DNA of 64,000 nt from Naegleria gruberi (Eukaryota), in NCBI GenBank assembly GCA_000004985.1, contig GG738868.1; one strand, 5' to 3'. A program made the translations under genes and the position numbers. Of the stretch, positions 55,813 to 64,000 are shown piece by piece (the stretch's first letter is position 1; each line of letters opens with the position of its first letter). The notes below the pieces were generated by a model, which saw only the letters and a list, made by a program, of their open reading frames with translations, had not been told where the DNA came from and searched no databases.

Positions 55813-57597
55813 ATGCTCAACAATAATCAGGCAATTACTACGAATACAAATCCACGAGTACTTTGCACATGTTTGTATCGTGCTCTGTGTGGAATGAATT
55901 CATCAACAAGACTCAAATTAAATAATGAACAAGATCCGAAGGCTTTTCTCAGATCAAGTTGTTTATTTACATTCATAGGAAGATCGGATGGAACAATTTC
56001 TATTTGGATTAATGATAGAGAGGAGTTTGTTTTGGATTTGATGAAAGAATTTTCTAAAGGCTCGATAAAGAAGAATTTAATGCCGAATGAAATTTTGATT
56101 TTGGAAAATGTTTCCATGAAGAATAATAACAAATCTAATTTGATAGTTCATTCTTTTACTATGATTGTGAATAGTAGATACTCGGAAGGTGGAGGAAGTG
56201 TTCATATATTTCAAATTGATATTTTGAAAGGAGAAGGTGATAAAAGATTTAATTTAACAATTTCCAAGTGGAATAAGTTATGCAATGGAAAGAATCTTAT
56301 TGGATTGAAAGTATTAAATTGGAGTAAAATGGTTGGAAAGAAGAAGGTTATTGATAGATATTTGGTGGGAATAACTCTGAGTGGAGAAATGATGATTTGG
56401 GAGGAGAAGAATTTAGAAAAGCCACTTGAAATAGTGCCATTAGATTTGGAGTCAATTGTTGTTGATTTTGGTTTGTGTGATAATGCAGAACTAGGAGAAA
56501 ATGAAAGGAGAGGAGCTGTAATGGTGGTTTTAGATTCACAACAAAATTTAAAGTGTATCAGTCTTGATATTTGTGCAAAGAATGCAATAACTATTAATGA
56601 TAATTGCAATATTTCGTTGAATATCAAATCAGTAATTACAAAGATAACATCTTTAAACAGTTCTGTATTTATTTATGAAAAATCCAATCAGACACACATA
56701 ATATCCAATCAACAAGAACAACAAATTAATATTTCATCAATGGAAGGAACTTTATTGAGAGAAATGAATGAAACACCACTCAATTTGGATACTATTTTGA
56801 AAATTATTGAACATGATGAAAATTCAATTCTAAAATTTAATATTACTAGAGATGGAATGTACATTCATCTTATTAACAAATCAAATCAATTATTAATTCT
56901 TGAAAGAGACGATTCAGCATATGCCCCTCTTTTCAAACTTGATTTAAGTGATTCCAAGTCAGCAAGTGCAATTTCATTCACAAGACAATCAGAATTCATA
57001 CAAATCATTCCAGCTAACTTACTTTCCAGATTCCTCTACACAAATCCAGTTTGCATTCTCTCGAGTAATCATGAAAACAAGAGAAATCTCATGACCATTA
57101 CTTGGCTCACACCTACCGACAATTCTGCTCATTTCATTTGCAGTATGAACAAGTCCAGACACTCGGCTTCACTCGTTCGAAGGAGTAAACAATTCACCCT
57201 CAATATTCCAACTCTTCCATTGGCAGATTATGTTTTGAAAATTGGAGGATGTTCAGGATCTGAAATAGACAAGTTTGCAACCTTTGTGAATAGTGACCAT
57301 TCAACACCTAACAACATGAAACCACTCACCTTAATAGAAAGAAGAAATTCTAATGGCCTCTTCCATTGCTTTGAGGAATGTTGTGCACACTTGTGTTGCG
57401 TTATTGAGAAGGAAATGGAAGAAACATGTCCAGGTCATCATTTATTTTATTGCAGAATTGTTGAAGGTTATGTGAAGGAAGGATATTGGAAAGATGGAAA
57501 ACAATTCATTCACATCAATGATTCTTATCCTCCATATCTTTCCTTTTTAGGATCTCAAGAATTTGCCCTAACAAGTTTGAATTCTTCAATTAAATAA
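55813..57597 (+). CDS. 594-aa protein: N-terminal region of about 400 aa of unknown function fused to a C-terminal flavin-reductase-like (FMN-binding split-barrel) domain
   Basis: C-terminal segment PVCILSSNHENKRNLMTITWLTPTDNSAHFICSMNKSRHSASLVRRSKQFTLNIP..HLFYCRIVEGYV resembles HpaC/NADH:flavin reductase domains by eye. Confidence 0.45.
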   Translation: MLNNNQAITTNTNPRVLCTCLYRALCGMNSSTRLKLNNEQDPKAFLRSSCLFTFIGRSDGTISIWINDREEFVLDLMKEFSKGSIKKNLMPNEILILENVSMKNNNKSNLIVHSFTMIVNSRYSEGGGSVHIFQIDILKGEGDKRFNLTISKWNKLCNGKNLIGLKVLNWSKMVGKKKVIDRYLVGITLSGEMMIWEEKNLEKPLEIVPLDLESIVVDFGLCDNAELGENERRGAVMVVLDSQQNLKCISLDICAKNAITINDNCNISLNIKSVITKITSLNSSVFIYEKSNQTHIISNQQEQQINISSMEGTLLREMNETPLNLDTILKIIEHDENSILKFNITRDGMYIHLINKSNQLLILERDDSAYAPLFKLDLSDSKSASAISFTRQSEFIQIIPANLLSRFLYTNPVCILSSNHENKRNLMTITWLTPTDNSAHFICSMNKSRHSASLVRRSKQFTLNIPTLPLADYVLKIGGCSGSEIDKFATFVNSDHSTPNNMKPLTLIERRNSNGLFHCFEECCAHLCCVIEKEMEETCPGHHLFYCRIVEGYVKEGYWKDGKQFIHINDSYPPYLSFLGSQEFALTSLNSSIK

Positions 57598-57629
57598 TTT
57601 ATCTAATATTTACAATAATTTACAAAATA

Positions 57630-58451
57630 TTATTGTTGTGGAAACCAAGGAATAAAGCTCGAAGTCTTTCGAATATATTCAACATATTCAGGTCTCTTTT
57701 CCTTCAAGTGTTTTTCTAAGAGTGGTCTTCCAGTAACATTCATTAACAAGTAAACCATGGCAATTGGACCCAAGAATAAGTGATACCACGAGACTGCAAA
57801 ATTAATTCCCAAACTCATCACTCCAAATCCAATCCAAACCATAGAATCTCCAAAATAATTTGGATGTCTTGTATATCTCCATAATCCAGTATTTAAAACC
57901 TTTCCCTTATTTTCAGGTTTAGATTTGAATGATTCCAATTGTAAATCTCCAAAAGTTTCAAATAAAACTCCAATCAACCAACAAATAGCATCAATCCAAA
58001 ACACTGCGGAACTAGTCAACTCACTTCTCAATGTTTGACACAACACACTTTGTACAACCTGTGAAAATATCCAAATCAACAATCCCTGCAACCAAAACAC
58101 CTTCATCAAACTCTTCCACCAATAACTCTCTGGATCATTCTTTCTGAAATTGGCATATCTATAATCCTCATGCTCAACCCCCTCTCTCACAAATCTCCTC
58201 CCCAAATACAAACTCAATCTCAACCCCCAAGCCATCATCATCCCGATCAACATCCACTGATGAACATTCCACGAATAATCATTCACCATCAAATGCACCA
58301 ACCCAACAAGAACAAATCCAAACCCCCAGAACGGATCAATTATTGCTGTATTCTTCAATCGCACTGAAAGAAGCCACAACAGTGAAACAGCCAACACGAC
58401 AACGATCAAGGCTAAAAGACGCGGCGAAGAGGAACTTTCAAATTCTTGCAT
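57630..58451 (-). CDS. DUF1295 / steroid 5-alpha-reductase / ICMT-like polytopic membrane protein (about 273 aa)
   Basis: First ATG at 58451. Motif GLWRYTRHPNYFGDSMVWIGFGVMS and C-terminal EKHLKEKRPEYVEYIRKTSSFIPWFP. Confidence 0.6.
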   Translation of the reverse strand: MQEFESSSSPRLLALIVVVLAVSLLWLLSVRLKNTAIIDPFWGFGFVLVGLVHLMVNDYSWNVHQWMLIGMMMAWGLRLSLYLGRRFVREGVEHEDYRYANFRKNDPESYWWKSLMKVFWLQGLLIWIFSQVVQSVLCQTLRSELTSSAVFWIDAICWLIGVLFETFGDLQLESFKSKPENKGKVLNTGLWRYTRHPNYFGDSMVWIGFGVMSLGINFAVSWYHLFLGPIAMVYLLMNVTGRPLLEKHLKEKRPEYVEYIRKTSSFIPWFPQQ

Positions 58452-58733
58452 TTTTTTAAGATTGTTTTTTTGAGATTGATTCTTTTTGGCGCGCTTTTTA
58501 AATTGTTTCTCAAGTTCAAGTTTAAATATTTTTGACTTATTCAATTGTAATACTTGAAGATGTTAAATGGTATTTTTTAAATAGAGTATATTACAATGTT
58601 TTTACAGTAAATATTTTGTAAAGTATTTAATGAAGAAGTTTCTTTTCTGAACTGTAGTTAATGAGGAAGATTTTTGAGTGCAATCTTACGCAGCCGTTAT
58701 TTCCATAAAAGTTTCGTCCAATGAGATGAAAAA

Positions 58734-58797
58734 AAATTTCTGCGTCTTACTGGATACACACAATCGAATTTCTGCGTCTTACTGGATACACAGTCGC
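58734..58797. repeat. Tandem direct repeat (2 copies, period 32 bp) of AATTTCTGCGTCTTACTGGATACACA with 6-nt spacers, immediately upstream of the 7TM-RGS gene start
   Basis: Copies at 58734-58759 and 58766-58791 are identical over 26 nt. Relatively GC-rich for an intergenic region. Confidence 0.9.
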
Positions 58798-58829
58798 TTT
58801 GTGTTAAAAATTGTCAAGAAATTAAAAAA

Positions 58830-60948
58830 ATGGCCTCTCCAACAGTTCTTTTATCAACAACAAGGGCACTTTTGTTTCTTTCATTTCTTTTTGGTATCCA
58901 CCACTTTCGAATACATAAATGCCACCAATCAAGATCCATTCTTCTTATTTCTCGATAGTAACTTGTATACGGGACATGCATGGTCTGGATTACATGCTTT
59001 TTATTGGAAAGACTCTTTCAATTTTACGGATTCGGCAAGTTTCGTAAAGTATATGCAACAAGAACAAAATATCAAGGTTGCATTCATGGGAGATGATGAT
59101 TACAGAAATTATCTTCAAAAAATGTGGAGCGACTATTCGAAACTATATCAATTAGAAAATCTGCAATTTACCTATCTTCCAACAAGTGTTGGAACTTGCT
59201 TGACATATCATCCATTCGATGATTTTGATATTCTTATTTCATTGGATAGTTCTTTCTATGTTTCTATTCGAAAGTTCAATACTGGAAGAAGGAAACCTGA
59301 TGGTCAACTCTATAATTTTACCGATTTTTCATCAGTTTATTTGGATGCACCATTTGCCTTATATCAATACGATTCGGATAACAGTACAGGGTATCAATAC
59401 TATTCGAAACCTAATTGTACGAATGTCCAATTAGTTGCTGCCTATGAATCAGAAGTGCATATGAGTTATCTCTATTTGAAAAGAAATAATTCACTTTTAT
59501 CAGAAAGAGAAATTGAGTTTCTAAAATTTGCAAATTCCTTGACGAATCTCAAAACAATTTCTTCTACAATGCAAGAAAGAGCAAATATGGAGAAGGCATA
59601 TGGATTTGGAAATAATTCCTCTTTAGAATATTATCATTCATTATTCATGCCAGATTGTCAATGTGCGAATTCTGCATGTGCTTCAATTTCTTTTCAAGAA
59701 TCAGATTATTGGATTATACCAGCTGTAGCTTTGATAGTGGTGCATTATTTGGTATTATTCATTTCGAAATCTTTCTTGACACCTTCCTTAAAAAGTAGAC
59801 TTTTAATTCCATATTTGCCATTTATAGTAATATTTTTTGAAGCTAATAATTTTGGATTAATTTATAACTTGTGTTTTTATCCAAGAATGTTAATTTTTTC
59901 ATTTGTTATTACTTGGTACATTATGATCTATTCCTTGACAATTATAAGAATTTACTATTTAAGAAATTTATATCATTTACTTTCCAAAAATAGAAAGAAT
60001 ATTGAAAAGAAACTTAGGTTTCAGAAAACAATTTCAGGTCCTCTCATAGGTCTACTATTCACTTTTGTGGGCGGATTTGCTCTATGTGCCTTCCTTTCCC
60101 TTCCATTTTACTTTGTCTTTATGTACATCCCAATTGGAAACGCAATTTACGTGAATATAATTATTGGAATTTATGTTGCAGTTGCATGTTTGGTGGGTTT
60201 ATTGGCAATTGGCGCCGATTTGATATTTAATAGGAAGAAGATTAAGGAGAAGGGATTGAGATACTTGTTCTTCTTTGATGATCCTTATATGATTCGTATA
60301 GAGTTGATTCTAATTTCCATGATTATTGTTTCGATTATTATTGTATCGACGATACCTAATTCACATGGAGCCAGATTCGTTTCTTTTGTGATTTATGTTT
60401 GCATTGTGTTGATATCAGGAGGAATGGCCACACTCAAGAATATCTTCAACAAGATTCTGATAACTATTCGAAAGAATAAGGCAAATCACCACACAAAAGA
60501 TGAAATTGAAATCATGTTACAAAACTCTGATTTTAGAAATATTTTAAGAGAATACTGCACCAAAGAAATGTCTTTGGAAAATTTCAACATTTTCACACAA
60601 TTATTAGAAATGAAGGAAAAGAAAATTAATCTAACTTTTGAAATATTGAAAAATATTGAGGAACAATACATGGCACTGAATTCCTTATTCGAATTGAATG
60701 TTCCTTCTCATGTAAGAAGGGAATTTTATGTATTTTTGAAAGAAATGGAAAGTGGAAATAATTCGAAAGAAAACGAATTGAAGGAAAGTAAGGAAGAATC
60801 AAATTCCAATTTGGATAGATTAAATCTCATTCTGAAAGATTCAATTTTGCAAAATCTTGGAGATACACTCTCAAGATTAGAAACAACAAAGGAATATGAA
60901 ATATGGAATGAAATTTATTCGATTCAATCCAAAACCTTACAACAATAA
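58830..60948 (+). CDS. 7TM-RGS protein: N-glycosylated ectodomain of about 330 aa, seven TM helices, and a C-terminal RGS domain (about 690 aa). The proposed 5' structure is exon 1 at 58830-58893 encoding signal peptide MASPTVLLSTTRALLFLSFLF, a 40-nt intron at 58894-58933 (G|GTATCC..TCAAG), and exon 2 at 58934-60948.
   Basis: Seven hydrophobic helices between about 59700 and 60440. RGS-like C-terminus MSLENFNIFTQLLEMKEK..LNVPSHVRREFYVFLKE. Several NxS/T sites in the N-terminal domain. The signal-peptide exon and intron are inferred from phase matching (G + AT gives Asp). The donor is non-consensus, so the 5' end is tentative. Confidence 0.65.
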
Positions 60949-61089
60949 AGTCAAAAGATTATCAAGAACAATTATTACAACAATAAACTTCTTTTTTCAA
61001 AGTGTGATTCTTGAAAAATGGAAATATTTCTGATATTTTAATTTTAAATGAAATTTAACATTTCTATTTTAGTAAATTCGAATATTTGA

Positions 61090-61974
61090 TCAAAGTTTGA
61101 AATTGAGAAATAAATTAGTTTGGTTTGTTTCATTTTGTGAAAATCCATTAGAAAGAAGATTAGTTTCTTTATGTAAAAATTCAGCGAACGTATCAAACCA
61201 AGAATATGTAAGAAACCCCAAATCCTCTTCTCTAGTGCAAAAATCCAATGAATTGTCAGTAAATGAAACTCTGCTGTTTCCAGAATATTCCTCATTTTGC
61301 ATGAAAGCTTGATTCGAATAAGAATGTTCATTCGAATAGATTTGTTCGGTAGATGGAACATGTTCACCAATGTTAGAACATGTAGTATTGTTTTGAATGG
61401 AGGCGTGTTGTTGGTCAAAATCAGAAACGCTTTCGAATGAATTGTTGTTGGAACATGTAAGTGAGATGTTATTCGAAATATTTACATGTTGCTCACTCAA
61501 CTGTTGGCATGGGTTACTTAGTAGCATGTTTGCTTTGATTGGTACTTTGGAGGTTACCACTCGATTAGTTTCTTCCATGTTTCCATTCGAAACTTCTTGT
61601 TGTTCAAGTCTTTGTGTGTCGACCATCTTGTACACAGTTAGGTCATTGTTATGTTTGTTATTGGAAACAGCAAACTCAAAGTAATTATTCAACAGCTTAT
61701 CGTTTTGTAATGTCTTTCTTAATCTTGTGTTTCGAATATTTAATTGACGATTCCTCTTCATGACTTTTGCCTTCTCTTTGACATGGGTAGTTTCGTCCAC
61801 GAAGGACATGCTGCAGCTCTGATTACTGCTAGCTGAAGATTCTTTCCAACAACCATTCACCATTAGGATAAAAAGAGATTCGAAAGTGTTTATATTTTCT
61901 TTTTTTTGAGAGAATATTCTTTCAAATATTCTATTCACTCCAAAAGCCTCAACAATTGGCATCTGCTTACGCAT
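61090..61974 (-). CDS. Hypothetical Asn/Ser/Gln-rich protein (about 294 aa) with a short basic KR-rich segment (KEKAKVMKRNRQLNIRNTRLRK), a possible nucleic-acid-binding region
   Basis: ORF only. First ATG at 61974. The resemblance of the basic segment to a bZIP basic region is weak. Confidence 0.3.
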   Translation of the reverse strand: MRKQMPIVEAFGVNRIFERIFSQKKENINTFESLFILMVNGCWKESSASSNQSCSMSFVDETTHVKEKAKVMKRNRQLNIRNTRLRKTLQNDKLLNNYFEFAVSNNKHNNDLTVYKMVDTQRLEQQEVSNGNMEETNRVVTSKVPIKANMLLSNPCQQLSEQHVNISNNISLTCSNNNSFESVSDFDQQHASIQNNTTCSNIGEHVPSTEQIYSNEHSYSNQAFMQNEEYSGNSRVSFTDNSLDFCTREEDLGFLTYSWFDTFAEFLHKETNLLSNGFSQNETNQTNLFLNFKL

Positions 61975-62447
61975 TAATAACACATGAAATTAAACTAATC
62001 ATTATTTCTATTCGAAAAAGGCTCTACCTACCCTAAGAATGCAGCTCAAAATTTCAAATCTTACATCACCTCTAGAATTGTTCAAAGCGATGCCATTACA
62101 ATAAAATTTACAAAAAATGAACTAACTTGTAAATTTGCCGGTTGTGTTTTGGATTTATCATTGTTAGAGGCAAATTAAGCTTCTTCCTCTCACCTAATGA
62201 AGGTGAAGAAGATGAACCTTTGAGATTAATTCTGAAAAAAATTGAAATTAAAAGATGATATGTACCACAGTAGCTTTGATTGCTCACACAAAACAATATT
62301 ATTAAGGAATTCTTTTTCATTCTTTTTTAATTTGCAAATATCTCCCTCATGAACCCAATTACCAATACTACTACTTCTCCTTCTATGATACATTGATAAT
62401 ACTTTATTATTCAATCAATTTCCCAACTCGCTTCTATTATCAAAAAA

Positions 62448-63128
62448 ATGTTCAAGTCTTCCAATCTCAAACTCTTCAAAAATTCTTCTTCCATTCTCCG
62501 TTCCTCATCATCGTCATCACCAATTATTAATAATAATAATATTAATAATTTTAAAAAATATTCAACAACAGCAACAACAATGGAATGGATTCCAGTTTCT
62601 AAGGACGGTCAAGTCAAGAAGAGAATTATTACTCAAGGTTCAGGTGCTGAACTCCCACCACACGGATCAAAGGTCTCTGTTCACTACACTGGTACTTTGA
62701 CTAATGGAAAGAAGTTTGATTCTTCTGTTGATAGAGGCACTCCATTCTCCTTCAACTTGGGTCTCGGACGTATGTAGTATTTATTATTGTGTTGTTTAAC
62801 AGGCTAACTGTGTTTGAATTTGTATTATGATATTATACAAATATTATTATGATATTGGATTTTGTTGATTTATTATTGAATTCAATAATAACGTCGTTTG
62901 ATTATAATATTATTATTGAATAACATCGTTTAATTATAATATATTACTGGCTTAACAACAATAGAGGTTATTAGAGGTTGGGATTTGGGCGTCAAGACCA
63001 TGAAGAAGGGTGAAAAGGCTATTCTTGAAATTCCATCAGAGTACGCATATGGCTCTCAAGAAATTCCAAAGTTAATCCCTGCCAATTCTACTTTGATCTT
63101 TGAAGTTGAATTGTTGTCATGGAAGTAA
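62448..63128 (+). CDS. FKBP-type peptidyl-prolyl cis-trans isomerase (FKBP12-like core) with a Ser-rich N-terminal presequence. Exon 1 is 62448-62769, a 195-nt intron lies at 62770-62964 (C|GTATGT..CAATAG, phase 1), and exon 2 is 62965-63128.
   Basis: Splicing gives ..[33 protein letters not shown]|[54 protein letters not shown], which is collinear with the FKBP12 fold motifs. Confidence 0.9.
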
Positions 63129-63369
63129 ATAATTGGAAAATGATAATAATTAAATATTTAATAAATATTTAAAAATATTTATTTAAAATAATTCAAAAAT
63201 CTGTGGATGGGATTATTCAACATTTGTATCAATGTCGAGGCAAGAGAAGAAGAGGATCAATGGTCAAACAACAACCAATACGCCGATTATTAATCAATAA
63301 TAATATAAATGAACATATTGAACGGATTCATATCAAGAAGGCTGCCGACAAGAATATAGAAACAAAAAA

Positions 63370-63837
63370 ATGTTCAATAAACTTGGAAGCCTTGTCCCAA
63401 GAGGCAACAAAATTCTCTCATCAACGCTATCATCATCAAGAACAAGCATTAAATTAAATAGTATCGGATGTAATAACTTTTCATATTCCTTGACTAGATT
63501 TGATAAAACAAGTGCGGAAACAAAACAAGCACCAACAACAGAGGAAAATACTGTTGCTACCACAACAATAAGTGAAAATACAGAATCAGCAGTTGCTGCT
63601 GCTCCATCGGAAGATAAATCAACACTCACATCAGGAAAATCATATAATGGAATTCCTCTTCATAAACCTCCTCAACACATTAAGAAATTGAGTTTCGTGG
63701 GTGCTTTGGCTAGATATACCTTCTACTTTGTCTTCTTTATTTGGATTTTCAGTGGTTATCCAATTTATACTGCTTGTCAATTCATTTATAGATTAATTCA
63801 TGGAGAACCAGAGCCAGAACCAGTTGATGAAGAATAA
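63370..63837 (+). CDS. Hypothetical small protein (155 aa) with a presequence-like N-terminus, a C-terminal TM helix and an acidic tail
   Basis: ATG start. TM YTFYFVFFIWIFSGYPIYTA. No homology recognised. Confidence 0.3.
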   Translation: MFNKLGSLVPRGNKILSSTLSSSRTSIKLNSIGCNNFSYSLTRFDKTSAETKQAPTTEENTVATTTISENTESAVAAAPSEDKSTLTSGKSYNGIPLHKPPQHIKKLSFVGALARYTFYFVFFIWIFSGYPIYTACQFIYRLIHGEPEPEPVDEE

Positions 63838-64000
63838 ATTCAATCCTTCATTACTGGAATGAAACCTAACAACACAAAATACGAAAACACTTAGTAGAGG
63901 ATTAAGCAATTTGTACAAACTCGCATATTTTAATTTAAGGAATATTTCACATAAACACACAATAAAAGAACACAACTTTCTCAAATGAACCATTCCATGT

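Overview
This 64-kb window is the left end of a chromosome from an AT-rich (roughly 30% GC) eukaryote that uses the standard genetic code; TAA, TAG and TGA all end genes. A telomere tract of about 68 CCCAAA units (G-strand TTTGGG, with a few variant units) occupies 1-409. It is followed by a roughly 5.4 kb gene-poor, AT-rich subtelomere containing two 50-N scaffold gaps (1203-1252, 4805-4854) and a short 13-bp tandem repeat. From about 5.8 kb onward the window is densely packed with protein-coding genes on both strands, about 35 gene models at roughly one gene per 1.7 kb. Most genes are single long ORFs. At least 9 are split by very short spliceosomal introns of 37-197 nt, with GTAAGT, GTAAGA, GTATGT or GTACGT donors, AG acceptors and consistent phases. 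The ORF track splits these genes into pieces, and in several cases the apparent stop codon is the TAA inside an AG|GTAAGT donor. The main finding is a concentration of heterotrimeric G-protein signalling genes. These are a canonical Galpha subunit (4 exons), two transmembrane RGS proteins (a 2TM sensor-like RGS and a 7TM-RGS with a large ectodomain), two further 7TM receptors, and a 1654-aa multi-TM / PAS / class III nucleotidyl cyclase encoded by 5 exons. Other recognisable genes are: a Patched/sterol-sensing-domain transporter with an apparent frameshift in a TA run; an SLC6 transporter; a phospholipid scramblase; a Sel1-repeat protein; a group II PLP decarboxylase next to a GNAT acetyltransferase; a secreted VWD-domain protein with a 400-aa K/A/R/E-rich tail; a neutral-sphingomyelinase-like phosphodiesterase; a secreted glycoside hydrolase; an EGF/FN3 surface protein; two F-box proteins; a tandem-CH-domain protein; a hemerythrin-like protein; a flavin-reductase-domain protein; a DUF1295-type membrane protein; and an FKBP. 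I did not recognise any rRNA, tRNA, CRISPR array or transposon by eye. The organism cannot be named from the sequence alone. An intron-poor protist rich in signalling genes is a reasonable guess but is unverified.
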